A stretch of DNA of 51,156 nt from Deltaproteobacteria bacterium (GCA_016218805.1 JACRCW010000127.1:1-51156), one strand, 5' to 3'. Positions 20,541 to 30,161 are shown, counted from the stretch's first letter. Notes: generated by a model from the sequence alone, not told the origin. Translations and numbers: made by a program.

Positions 20541-21713
20541 TCAGTCCGTGGCCCCGGGGACAAAGTCCACCGCATCCACAAAGTACCGCCCCAGCCGCAT
20601 CAGCACACCCACCGCCTCCGGCGTCAGCGGCGGGCGGAACGCGGGCATGCCGCCCAGGATGTCCGCCAGCGTCTCCGGATTGGCGGCGTGGGCGTTGTCA
20701 TCCAGCGCCAGGATGATGTCCGCCAGCGGCCGGGACAGCATCCGCGCGCGCTTGGCCATGGGCTCCGCGTCGTGGCCTTCGGACAGGCGCGGCTTGTCCA
20801 GCAGGTGGCTCAGCGCCACCAGCAGACCCATGCGCCGCTCCATCAGCTGCACCACCGTGCGCGCCGTCATGCGCGTCCCCGGCATGGCCTCCACAATCCC
20901 GGACAGTACGCCCAGCGCGGTGAGCACCTGCGGGACCTGCTGGCGCGGCACGGATGCCACGCGCAGCCGCAGGTACGGCGTCAGCGCCACCAGGTCCCGC
21001 ACCAGCGGCGGGGTGGCCCAGCCCTCCCCGTAACCCAGGAAACCCGCCACGCGGCGCCGCAGCGTGGTGCACCGCACGCCGCGCGGCAGACCCAGCGCGC
21101 GGCTGGTCTGGTCCGCCTGCAGGTCCGCGTACGGCGCGTAGTCCGTGGCGCGCAGGTGTGCCGCGCCCAGGTCCCGCACCGTGCGCTCCAACGGGATCAC
21201 GTCGGTCCACGCCATGTCCGGCAGCACCGCCAGCGGCGGGTGACCGTCACGCGGGACGCCCACCACGTGCATCTCCAGAGCCAGCTCGTCATGGCTGTTG
21301 CGGCCGTGGCTGGCGGGTTCATCCGTCACGCGCAGCGGGCAATGGAAGTGCGGCATCACCACCACAAACGGGTCCGCCAGCCGGAACTGGTTGAACGGGT
21401 AAAGACGACAACCCGCGGGCTTCTTCTCCCGCCCCGCGTTCTTCTCCAGCCGGCACAGGTTCTGCGCGTCCAGGAACCAGCACTGCTCCATTACCGTGTC
21501 CAGCGTGGGCAGCGCCCCCGCCGGGAACGCGTCCCCCGCCAGCAGCGCCATGGCCGGGTTGATGTGCAGCAGCGCGGCCAGTTCGCGGCTGCGGCCAATG
21601 CCCAGCGACGCGCCCTTGCAGCAGCGCGCGTCACAGCTGGGGCAGTCGTAGTCCAGGATCCCAGACAGGAACGGGAAGTAGAGCGGCCGCCCGCCGAGGA
21701 GATGCACGTCCAT
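20541..21713 (-). CDS. YkgJ-like cysteine-cluster (CxxCxxxCC) protein
   Basis: CPSCDARCC, CWFL....C, KPAGCRLYPF and HCP motifs. Confidence 0.8.
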   Translation of the reverse strand: MDVHLLGGRPLYFPFLSGILDYDCPSCDARCCKGASLGIGRSRELAALLHINPAMALLAGDAFPAGALPTLDTVMEQCWFLDAQNLCRLEKNAGREKKPAGCRLYPFNQFRLADPFVVVMPHFHCPLRVTDEPASHGRNSHDELALEMHVVGVPRDGHPPLAVLPDMAWTDVIPLERTVRDLGAAHLRATDYAPYADLQADQTSRALGLPRGVRCTTLRRRVAGFLGYGEGWATPPLVRDLVALTPYLRLRVASVPRQQVPQVLTALGVLSGIVEAMPGTRMTARTVVQLMERRMGLLVALSHLLDKPRLSEGHDAEPMAKRARMLSRPLADIILALDDNAHAANPETLADILGGMPAFRPPLTPEAVGVLMRLGRYFVDAVDFVPGATD

Positions 21714-21751
21714 ACCGCCCCATTGAAGCCCGGCGCGCCACCGTTGCGCAA

Positions 21752-21818
21752 CTGAACCGGGCCCGGTTTCCCTGCGCGCCCCTTGACGCACTTTGGGTCT
21801 CCCCGGGCTTCCGGCGAG
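21752..21818. repeat. Direct repeat, copy 1 (~67 bp)
   Basis: CTGAACCGGGCCCGGTTTCCCTGCGCGCCCCTTGACGCACTTTGGGTCTCCCCGGGCTTCCGGCGAG, nearly identical to 28804-28871; contains the perfect palindrome AACCGGGCCCGGTT. Confidence 0.92.
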
Positions 21819-22087
21819 GAGCTCCGGCGCGCCCCAGGGGGCTTGCCTGCACATCGGCGTCGCGCAGGCACCGTCGCTGCGTTGCTGTCAAACCAAGCAG
21901 AGGTGCAGTGGCCGTGCCGGTCGCAGCGTTGTCGGTGTGTTCGGCGGGTGCTCGGTCGGCGGGCGCCCCCAAGGCGACCTGGCCACTGTGACTGCCGTGT
22001 CCCCGCCAACCTGCCGCAGGGTCAGCCCGCGTCGGCGTGGACAGGACCGGAATCACACGCCAGGATGCCGTCCAGTGGGGTGACCGC

Positions 22088-23053
22088 TTGAACAAGTTGC
22101 TGGTGATTCTGGTGCTGCCGTGCCTTGTGAGTTGTCCGTGGCTGGTGGATCAACTCCTCGTTTATTGCCGGGAGGACGGTCAACTCCCAGGTCTGCTGAT
22201 TCTGCACGATGACGAGGTAACGCTCTCTGCAGGCAACGGCGCCCGGGAGGTGGGGGACTCCAAGACGCAGCGGCTGAAGGACTGCCGCGTGGGCGGCACC
22301 CTGGATGTGACCGGGAGGAACACCAGTTTCCAGGCTTTTGACTCGTTCGAGCACATGTCCGAGGTCACGATTCACGACGATAGCTCCGCCATGGCGGACG
22401 TGAACCTCCTCCCGAACCTGCAGACGGCAAACACGGTATGGCTTACCCGACCACACGGCAGCCGGATCACCGGGTTCAGGGAACTCCGGTCCGTCGGTAC
22501 GCTGTTCCTGGATCTGGTCAGATTGGATATCGACTCATTCCACCACCTTGAAGAGGTCGGCTGGCTATATGTCGGCACGAACGGACAGGTCAGCGGTTTT
22601 GGCTCGCTCACGCGGGTGGGAACCGCGGAATTGGGCACATTTCGTATGACTGGATTCACCAGCCTCGAAGTGGTCGACGGCGATCTAAAGTTTGTTGGCG
22701 GCCACGGAGTAGGCGCTCCGGTCTTACGAGCGGTGGGGGGGACGCTCGACGTCACCCAGATGGAGGGGACGACCATTGACCTTCCTACCCTTGAGCGCGT
22801 GGAAGGAATACTTTCAATTCGAAATACCAGTCTAACACGCCTGGATGGTCTGGAATCGCTGCGTTTCGTCGGCGGCAACCTTGAGGTCTGGGCGAACGGC
22901 GGCCTCGAAGACGTGTACGTTGAAGGCTGGGCACAACACATCACCATCGGAGGGGAGATCATCATCTGTGAGAACGGCTACCTGCGCGACCCGTCCTATC
23001 GGCCATGCTGTGGGGTCGACGTCGGCTGTCCATCGACACGCCGACGAGAGTGA
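22088..23053 (+). CDS. Putative lipoprotein with receptor L-domain/LRR-like solenoid repeats
   Basis: TTG start gives MNKLLVILVLPCLVSC; repeats such as GFxxLxxVGxL and LDGLESLRFVGGNLEVWAN; Cys-rich tail; lower GC than flanks. Confidence 0.75.
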   Translation: MNKLLVILVLPCLVSCPWLVDQLLVYCREDGQLPGLLILHDDEVTLSAGNGAREVGDSKTQRLKDCRVGGTLDVTGRNTSFQAFDSFEHMSEVTIHDDSSAMADVNLLPNLQTANTVWLTRPHGSRITGFRELRSVGTLFLDLVRLDIDSFHHLEEVGWLYVGTNGQVSGFGSLTRVGTAELGTFRMTGFTSLEVVDGDLKFVGGHGVGAPVLRAVGGTLDVTQMEGTTIDLPTLERVEGILSIRNTSLTRLDGLESLRFVGGNLEVWANGGLEDVYVEGWAQHITIGGEIIICENGYLRDPSYRPCCGVDVGCPSTRRRE

Positions 23054-23091
23054 AGCCAAATGGATACGTCACCTGTCGAAAGGGGAACAAC

Positions 23092-26000
23092 ATGGCAAAG
23101 CGATGCTCTTCATCCACGAGCAATCCCATGACGTTGGCTGCCCGCGCGAGTCTTGTCGTATCGATTGCCTGCTGCTGCATTGCCAGCCCCGCTCACGCCC
23201 AGCCTTTTGCAGCCCATGCGGGTGTGACCGAACGCACCCCAGAAGTGCGTTGGGATGCGCCTGCTCCCGGAAGGGCCGCGCTGCCCGGTGTAGGACTTGG
23301 CGCGCTGGTCTCCTTGGAATCTGGGAGAAGCCTCCCGCGAACCGCCGACCTCGGCGCGACTGCAAATGGCGGAGCGTCGTCTGGCCTCGTCCTGTCGTCG
23401 AACGTCGCGGGCACTGCTTCTTTTCTCATGTCCCCGATCAACACGCCGGCCGCAATGCTCCCCGGCTCCACCGCCATCCAGTACTCCCGCGCCATTGCAC
23501 ATGACGTCACGGGCGACGGGATTCCCGACGTCGTCGCCGCGCTCGCCGGCCAAGCGGGTATGGACGTCTTCCCGGCGACAATGGGAGCCAATCGTGTGGA
23601 ATACATCACCTCCGCCATCCGGGTGGCCTCGGACGCCCCCATCGTGGATCTGGTCGTTGGGGACTTTGAACGGGCGGAGCGAGCCATGGGTCCGTTCGGC
23701 TGCGGGGCGCGGCCCCAGGACGACCTCGCAGCCGTTACCGCGGCGGGCGTTGAGTTGTTCCTCTGGCGTGCACCGATTTCGTTCGACCACATCGTCCTTC
23801 CAGTCCCCGGCTTTGGTGGCGTGGCCCGAGCGGTGCGTGCGCCTGCCGGTGGCAATGGTCTCAACTGGGACGAGCTTGGCGTCGAGCAGCCAGACCAGGT
23901 GCTGGCGCTCACCGCCGCGGTGGGCTCAACCCCGGGGCGTGCCGTGTTGGTCTCCGTTTCCGGCCTCCCTTCCGAGTCCTTCCGCTGCGCCCCCGGCGCG
24001 CATCAGCTTGCAACGCGGGACCTGGATACCCACCGCTTCAACACGTTCTTCACCGTCGCTGTGACTGCGCTTGCCGCCGACAACCAAAGCCCTGCATGGA
24101 CGGCGCTCGTTTCCGGTCAGGAAACCGGAACAAACGCACAGCGAATGCGGGTGTACTCCCATGTGATGACCGGCTTCCTTTCATGGGAGTTCCGGTCCGC
24201 CGACGTCTGGCTCCGGCCTCCAGCCGCAGCGGCCACGGACCCGATGCTCGCGATGCCGGTTGAAGCGCTCCTGGATGGTACCCACAGCCGGGCAGCGTTC
24301 GGAGATCTCGATGACGACGGCGCAATGGACCTGGCGGTGTTGGAGGCGCAGAAGGGCGGAGGCCCGGGCGCGGAACTGGACGTCCTTCTCAACGGGCGTA
24401 TTGGCACGGAGTTGGGGAGGTTCGCAGCTTGGTTCACGCGTGATGGCGCGCAAGTGCTCCTGTTCACGCTTGCTGATGGCGACCTCGACACCCTCACTGA
24501 TTTGGTCGTTGACCATTTCAACGGTGACAACCTGCTCGATGTTGCGGCCAGCGGAGCGTGGACCGGCAACGGAACCCCCGCCGACCTGGCTACCGGCCGC
24601 ATTGTCGTCATCAAGCAGCGTCCGCAGCCGTGCAAGACGTTCCTCACATTCATCACTCCCGGGCAGGTGGGAAACGCGTTTGTCACGCCGCCTCTCATTC
24701 CGGTGCCGGAGTTCCCGGAAGGCGACGCCTACCAAGCCGCAATCAGCGACAACCTCATTCCCATGGTCGAGCGCAACCGCCGCCCCGGGGATGGGACCCC
24801 TGAAGACTGCCCTGTGGACTGGGGTTCATCCTCGGTGCACTGGGAGCAACTCACCGCTGAAGGCGCGCAACTGGTCAGCGCAAGTCGCGCGGCGTGGATG
24901 CTCGGTGCGGCGCTGCTGTTGCCGCTGTGTGTTTCCATGGGATTGCCGGTGCCGATCGTTTCCGGGCGCCCGTTTCCGGCGGTGTATGGGCCCACCGGTG
25001 TGACGCGGCCTGATGGCCGGGCAACCACTCCGCAGGACTACTGGCCGCAGTCGATCCTGTTCACCGCCATCCCCTGCCCTCCGGGCTACATGAACCTGGG
25101 CGCCAAGGTACGGTGGGAACTGTCTGGACTGGGCGCGGGTCTTGAGTTGCTGTCGCGCGCTCCCTACTCGGCGGGGTCACACCGCGCGGGGGCCTTCCTC
25201 GCCAACGAGGTGGCTGACCAGGTGGACCGCGCGCGCGCACGGATGGCGGGCGCGGGCAACTGCCGGGGAAACGTGTCGGTGGACCTCATTGGGTGGAGCC
25301 GGGGCGGGCTGGTCACGTCACACGCGTTGAACGTGCTGGGCAACACCGGCCGTGATGCGGCACTCTGGTACGACGCAACCGTGCGGACGACGTTCATTGA
25401 CGCCTTTGGCGACATGGCCGTTGCCGACCCGCCCCGCCCGTGGGTGTATGGGGGTTACCTCACCCGCGACGCGCGTCTCACCCGGTGGCGTAACGAGGCG
25501 GGAACAAGCTTCTTTGCCGCACAACCGGCGGTGATCGACGCGTTGGATCGCGCCACGCTGATCTTCATGGGCGACCGCCTGGGGTTTCCCATGAACACGT
25601 TCCCGGCCCCGCGCTGCTTGGTCAACAATCCCGCGATGGGTCAGGTCAATCCGGCGATGACCCAATGCCTCCTGCCCAACGCATTGGGCATGTCGCGCCC
25701 GCAATTCGCGCTGGGGAACTACAACACGCTGGCGGCCGCCGCGTTGGACGAGCCCGCCAGCGCCGCAGTGATGACGACAATGCCCACGACCCACACGACG
25801 GCCTGGGCGGAGTTCCTGGACGTGAGGGACACCAACCCGGCCCAGGTTGTCAGGTATTTCGGCGGCGGAGTGGGGTTCCCGGCGTTCAGCTTCCCGCAGG
25901 GTACGTTGTTCGGGCAGGACATTCTCGTTGGTGCCGGCGGCGCCCCGCTGCGTGGGCCGGGCAACTTCACGGACAACGGCTGGACCGACATAGGCCTCAA

Positions 26001-28617
26001 TGCGTGGTATCCCCTGGACCCGTCCTGTCCGGCCAACACCGGCACTCCGCCGTCGCAACTTCCCAATCCGCCGCAGCGCGCCTCCATGCAGTTGGCGCAG
26101 GAGTACGTGGATGACCCGGTCTTTGCGATCATGCGCGGCATTGTCAGGAACGCGCGGCTGGTGCTGACTGATCCGCGCGTGCGTGACTACCAGAAGGACC
26201 TGCCCGTGCCCGCGACGGGTGGCGGCAACATCACCACGGAGTTCTGGGACCGCATGGCGGCGGTGGCGGAGTTGTCGTTCGCAGAGGGGGGCGCATGGCG
26301 GGCAAGCCGCGCGGGTCCGGGGGGCATCACCATTGAGGGCACGCACGAGGAGGACCTTGGTCACACCTATGACCCGCTTGTGGACACCTACGCCCCCGGC
26401 ACCGCTCCGGACGTGAATGACACCGCAGCCGTGGAACAGCTTGCGGCGGCTGTGGCTGGGGGCCTTGGGGATTCCTCGTCAGACGAATTCTACGACGAGA
26501 CAACCTACGCCGCGCACCTTGCGGCAGGGTCCACCACCACGGGCATGGCCTACGCACAGTTCCCGGCCGACCACCCGGAGACGCTGGAGGTGGACCTGGG
26601 ATGGGACAGCCTGGGCTCCCAGACGCTGCATATTGCGCTGGATGTGTCCTTCAGCAGCGCCGGCGGTTTCCTTGACTTTGAAATGCTCGGTCCAGGCTTC
26701 TCGACGTCAACGCAGCACTTTGCATTGCCGGTGGCAAACCCGCGCTATCGGCCCACGTACCGCTTTGAGGTAACGCGCAGCGGGCCGGCGGACTTGTCCC
26801 AAAAGGACACGCTGCGGCTCACCGGTCAGGGTGTGTTGCTGCACCGGGTGTCGGCTCGCTCGCGCGGGCCCGTGTTCCGGAGCGATGGCCACGCCTACCA
26901 GCTTGTCCAGGTGGATTCCGGGCTGGACTGGCGGGCTGCGCTGCGGCTGGCATCCCACGATGTGCTGCACTTTGACCAGGCGAGCGCGACCGGGCACCTG
27001 GCCACGATTGCGGACCGGGCGGAGTTGGACTTCATCACCAGCACCTTCGGCGCGGAGGTCCGGGCATGGGTAGGCGCGGAAGCGGCGGCCGGCGGCAACT
27101 TCACGTGGATTGACGGCAGCCTCGTGGACGAGGCGCTGTTCGCAGCCTCACCGGTGGTGGCGGAGGCGCGCACGCACGCGGCGTTCATCCAGGACGGCAC
27201 TGGCCGGTTGTGGCACGGCCCGCCCAGGTCCGTGTACGACCGCGGCGAGGCGTATGCCTATGTCGTCGAGTGGGAACCCACGCTGGCCGCCAACACGTTC
27301 CCGGGTCCGGACAACATCTCGGCGAACGTGGGCTCGCTGGCGGCGCACCTGGTCTTTGAGAACGTGCTGGTGGAGGGCGTGACGCAGGCGACCGCCTCGC
27401 AGGAACCCTATGTGCCGCTTCCCGACGGGGCGCAGCCGCTCACGGCCTTCCTGGACATCACGTCCACCGCGGAGTGGCAGGGGTCCATCCAGGTCACGCT
27501 CAGCGTGGACCTCTCAGGCTTGTCCGCGTTGGAACTGGGTTCCCTGGCGCTGCTGCACGAGACGGCGGACGGCTGGGAGAACGGAACGCTGGCTTTTGAC
27601 GTGGCCGCCGGCACTGTAACGGCGCGCGTAACCCAGTTGTCGCAGTTCGTGGTGGTGGTGCCGCGGGACGTGACCGCACCGGTGGTCGCCGTGCCGGCGC
27701 TGCAGGAGGTGGAAGCCGCGTCATGCCCGGTCACGGTTCCGCTCCCCGCGCCCACTGTCACGGATGATCGTGACGCGCCGCTGTCCATCACCGACGATGC
27801 ACCTGCGCTGTTCCCGGCTGGCGACACGGTGGTGACTTTCACGGCGACCGATCCCTGGGGCAACGCCGGAACGGCGCAGTTGATTGTTCGCGTGCACGAC
27901 GTGGGCGCCCCCGTTGTCAGTTCCCCCATGGTGGACATTGTGCTCGAGCAGACCACGCCGGTGGGCACACCCTTCGCGGTCCCCCTGCCCGCCGTCTTTG
28001 ACGCCTGCGACGACGCGCCGGTGGTCAGCCATGACGCGCCTGCGGTCTTCCCGGCGGGGACCACCACTGTCACCTTCATTGCCGGGGACCGTGCGGGCAA
28101 CACCACGACGGTATCCATGCAGGTCACGGTGGTGGATGGGACCGCCCCGGTGATTCTATCGGCGCTGGCAAACCCTCCGGTGCTCCTGCCGCCCATGGAA
28201 AGGGACGTTTCTGTCGTGCTGAGCATCATTGCATTTGACGCGGTGACACCGGTGCCGGCGTGTTGGCTGGACGCCATCGACGTGATCGGGCGCGGTGACA
28301 ACGGCCATGATCAAAGCCATGAAGAGAACGACTCAACGGGCAAGGACATGGACCGGGACCAAGGGCACGAGGACGATGACCGCGAGGACGACGATCACGA
28401 CAATGGTCATCCCCGCGGGGAGGACGCGGACGAACATGACGACGAGGAGGCGCGCATCACCGGGGCCCTGTCCGCGGTTCTGCGCGCGGAGCATCCGAAC
28501 CACCGAACGTACGTCCTCCGGGGACGCTGCGCGGATGCCGCGGGCAACCAGACCGCCTTCGCAGTCAGCCTGGAGGTCCGGGACAACGGTGGGTTGGCCG
28601 CGTGCGGCGCGCAGTGA
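23092..28617 (+). CDS. Large secreted multidomain protein (1841 aa): FG-GAP repeats, alpha/beta-hydrolase, C-type lectin-like, HYR domains
   Basis: Signal peptide ending PAHA; DVTGDGIPD, GDLDDDGAMDLAV and DHFNGDNLLDV; VDLIGWSRGG; GHAYQLV..GHLATI..W.G..FTWIDG..YVVEW; two FPAGxTxVTFxAxDxxGN repeats. Confidence 0.85.
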   Translation: MAKRCSSSTSNPMTLAARASLVVSIACCCIASPAHAQPFAAHAGVTERTPEVRWDAPAPGRAALPGVGLGALVSLESGRSLPRTADLGATANGGASSGLVLSSNVAGTASFLMSPINTPAAMLPGSTAIQYSRAIAHDVTGDGIPDVVAALAGQAGMDVFPATMGANRVEYITSAIRVASDAPIVDLVVGDFERAERAMGPFGCGARPQDDLAAVTAAGVELFLWRAPISFDHIVLPVPGFGGVARAVRAPAGGNGLNWDELGVEQPDQVLALTAAVGSTPGRAVLVSVSGLPSESFRCAPGAHQLATRDLDTHRFNTFFTVAVTALAADNQSPAWTALVSGQETGTNAQRMRVYSHVMTGFLSWEFRSADVWLRPPAAAATDPMLAMPVEALLDGTHSRAAFGDLDDDGAMDLAVLEAQKGGGPGAELDVLLNGRIGTELGRFAAWFTRDGAQVLLFTLADGDLDTLTDLVVDHFNGDNLLDVAASGAWTGNGTPADLATGRIVVIKQRPQPCKTFLTFITPGQVGNAFVTPPLIPVPEFPEGDAYQAAISDNLIPMVERNRRPGDGTPEDCPVDWGSSSVHWEQLTAEGAQLVSASRAAWMLGAALLLPLCVSMGLPVPIVSGRPFPAVYGPTGVTRPDGRATTPQDYWPQSILFTAIPCPPGYMNLGAKVRWELSGLGAGLELLSRAPYSAGSHRAGAFLANEVADQVDRARARMAGAGNCRGNVSVDLIGWSRGGLVTSHALNVLGNTGRDAALWYDATVRTTFIDAFGDMAVADPPRPWVYGGYLTRDARLTRWRNEAGTSFFAAQPAVIDALDRATLIFMGDRLGFPMNTFPAPRCLVNNPAMGQVNPAMTQCLLPNALGMSRPQFALGNYNTLAAAALDEPASAAVMTTMPTTHTTAWAEFLDVRDTNPAQVVRYFGGGVGFPAFSFPQGTLFGQDILVGAGGAPLRGPGNFTDNGWTDIGLNAWYPLDPSCPANTGTPPSQLPNPPQRASMQLAQEYVDDPVFAIMRGIVRNARLVLTDPRVRDYQKDLPVPATGGGNITTEFWDRMAAVAELSFAEGGAWRASRAGPGGITIEGTHEEDLGHTYDPLVDTYAPGTAPDVNDTAAVEQLAAAVAGGLGDSSSDEFYDETTYAAHLAAGSTTTGMAYAQFPADHPETLEVDLGWDSLGSQTLHIALDVSFSSAGGFLDFEMLGPGFSTSTQHFALPVANPRYRPTYRFEVTRSGPADLSQKDTLRLTGQGVLLHRVSARSRGPVFRSDGHAYQLVQVDSGLDWRAALRLASHDVLHFDQASATGHLATIADRAELDFITSTFGAEVRAWVGAEAAAGGNFTWIDGSLVDEALFAASPVVAEARTHAAFIQDGTGRLWHGPPRSVYDRGEAYAYVVEWEPTLAANTFPGPDNISANVGSLAAHLVFENVLVEGVTQATASQEPYVPLPDGAQPLTAFLDITSTAEWQGSIQVTLSVDLSGLSALELGSLALLHETADGWENGTLAFDVAAGTVTARVTQLSQFVVVVPRDVTAPVVAVPALQEVEAASCPVTVPLPAPTVTDDRDAPLSITDDAPALFPAGDTVVTFTATDPWGNAGTAQLIVRVHDVGAPVVSSPMVDIVLEQTTPVGTPFAVPLPAVFDACDDAPVVSHDAPAVFPAGTTTVTFIAGDRAGNTTTVSMQVTVVDGTAPVILSALANPPVLLPPMERDVSVVLSIIAFDAVTPVPACWLDAIDVIGRGDNGHDQSHEENDSTGKDMDRDQGHEDDDREDDDHDNGHPRGEDADEHDDEEARITGALSAVLRAEHPNHRTYVLRGRCADAAGNQTAFAVSLEVRDNGGLAACGAQ

Positions 28618-28643
28618 GGGGCAGCGGTGGTTTGGCGCGTGCC

Positions 28644-28796
28644 ATGGCGTGCGCGGGCGTGGCCGGCCTGTTTCCGCGGGACCGCCGGCTGCAGAACCTG
28701 TTCTTTGATGACCTGAACGCAGATGCCGCCACCGGCGGCGGCGAGGAGGAGGAGCCAGGAGGCGGCGGTTCGCCCGAGCCCAATGGCCCTGCGTGA
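28644..28796 (+). pseudogene. Orphan 3' gene remnant with an acidic/Gly/Pro tail
   Basis: AGVAGLFPRDRRLQNLFFDDLNADAATGGGEEEEPGGGGSPEPNGPA* has coding-like codons but no RBS or gene body. Confidence 0.45.
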
Positions 28797-28803
28797 CCCG
28801 GGT

Positions 28804-28871
28804 CTGATCCGGGTCCGGTTTCCTGCGCGCCCCTTGACGCGCGCTTTGGGTCTCCCCGGGCTTCCGGCGAG
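28804..28871. repeat. Direct repeat, copy 2 (~68 bp)
   Basis: CTGATCCGGGTCCGGTTTCCTGCGCGCCCCTTGACGCGCGCTTTGGGTCTCCCCGGGCTTCCGGCGAG matches 21752-21818. Confidence 0.92.
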
Positions 28872-28924
28872 CCCCGTTGCGCGGCCCGTGTGACCCGCCG
28901 GTGGTGCGGTGTTGCCCCCGCGGT

Positions 28925-28953
28925 TTGACAGGCCTGGCGCGGATCCCTATCTC
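28925..28953 (+). promoter_or_regulatory. Putative sigma70 promoter of mrp
   Basis: TTGACA-17 nt-TATCTC upstream of a GGAGGAG RBS. Confidence 0.45.
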
Positions 28954-28994
28954 CCCTCGTCCCACACCGCTGCGCCCCGGAGGAGCAACCCGTG

Positions 28995-30161
28995 ATGTTT
29001 GGCCTTGGCAAGAAGGAAAAGAAGGAGCCGGTTGTCAACGTGGCCCCCGGTGAGCTGTCCGCCGCCATCAAGGAAGCGCTGGGCAAGGTCCAGGACCCGG
29101 ACATGCAGCGGGAGCTGGCCGCGCTGGGGTCCGTGCGCGAGGTGAACGCCACGGCGGAGAAGGTCACCGTGGCGCTGGAACTGCACTCCCACCAGCCGCC
29201 GCACCGCGCGGAGCTGGAGACCTCCGTGCGCGAGACCATTGCGCAATACGCGCCCAACGCGGAGGTGGCGCTCACCGTCACCGCCAGCATCCGCGCGGCG
29301 GGCGGCGGCGCCTGGAACAAGCAGGGCGTCACCGGCGTGCGCAACGTGATCCTCGTCGGCAGTGGTAAGGGCGGCGTGGGCAAGTCCACCGTGGCGTCCA
29401 ACATCGCCGTGGCGCTGGCCCAGGACGGCGCCAAGGTGGGCCTGCTGGATGCGGACATCTACGGCCCGTCCATTCCCATGATGTTCGGGCTGGCCGGGAA
29501 CGTCCGCGTGTCGTCCAAGGACGGCAAGACCATGGAGCCGCTGGACCGCCATGGGCTCAAGCTGATGAGCATTGGTTTCCTGACGGACCCGGACACGCCC
29601 ATGGTGTGGCGCGGCCCCATGGTGGCCAACGCCTGCATGCAGCTGTTCAAGGACGTGGGGTGGGCACCGCTGGACTACCTCATTGTGGACCTGCCACCAG
29701 GCACCGGTGACATCCAGCTCAGCCTCAGCCAGCAGATTGCCGTGGCCGGTGCGGTGCTGGTGTCCACGCCGCAGGACGTGGCCGTGGCAGACGTGCGCCG
29801 CGCCCAGGCCATGTTTGAGAAGGTGGGCATTGGCACGCTGGGGCTGGTGGAGAACATGAGCTTCTTTGTGTGCGACGGGTGCAACAAGCGCCACGAGATC
29901 TTTGACAGCAAGGGCGAGAAGAACGCCACGCGCCTGGGCGTGCCCTACCTGGGCGGGCTCCCGCTGGAGACGCCCGTCCGCCAGGGCGGTGACGAGGGTA
30001 CCCCGGTGGTGCTGCGCAACCCGTCGTCGGCCGCGGCCAGGGCGTTTGTGGAGATTGCGCGCACCGTGGCGCTGCACGTGGCGCGCGCCGCCGTGGATTC
30101 CCCGCGCGAAGAGCCGCCGCCCCCGCCGGGACAGAACCCGCTGCTGCGCGTGATGGGCTGA
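28995..30161 (+). CDS. mrp: Mrp/NBP35 (ApbC) Fe-S cluster carrier ATPase
   Basis: SGKGGVGKST, DADIYGPS, WRGPM, DLPPGTGD and ENMS.F.CDGC motifs. Confidence 0.96.
   Translation: MFGLGKKEKKEPVVNVAPGELSAAIKEALGKVQDPDMQRELAALGSVREVNATAEKVTVALELHSHQPPHRAELETSVRETIAQYAPNAEVALTVTASIRAAGGGAWNKQGVTGVRNVILVGSGKGGVGKSTVASNIAVALAQDGAKVGLLDADIYGPSIPMMFGLAGNVRVSSKDGKTMEPLDRHGLKLMSIGFLTDPDTPMVWRGPMVANACMQLFKDVGWAPLDYLIVDLPPGTGDIQLSLSQQIAVAGAVLVSTPQDVAVADVRRAQAMFEKVGIGTLGLVENMSFFVCDGCNKRHEIFDSKGEKNATRLGVPYLGGLPLETPVRQGGDEGTPVVLRNPSSAAARAFVEIARTVALHVARAAVDSPREEPPPPPGQNPLLRVMG

Noticed and set aside
9681..21755. Long plus-strand ORFs (9681-12539, 14836-17160, 17266-19698, 18669-21755)
   Set aside because: They are antisense shadows of well-supported minus-strand genes in high-GC DNA, with no motifs.
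21866..21880. Sigma54-like AGGCACCGTCGCTGC upstream of the island genes
   Set aside because: Spacing is correct, but there are two mismatches in GC-rich DNA and no other support.
21752..28871. Integron attC sites or a tRNA-derived att
   Set aside because: There are no RYYYAAC/GTTRRRY ends, no cloverleaf and no integrase in the window.
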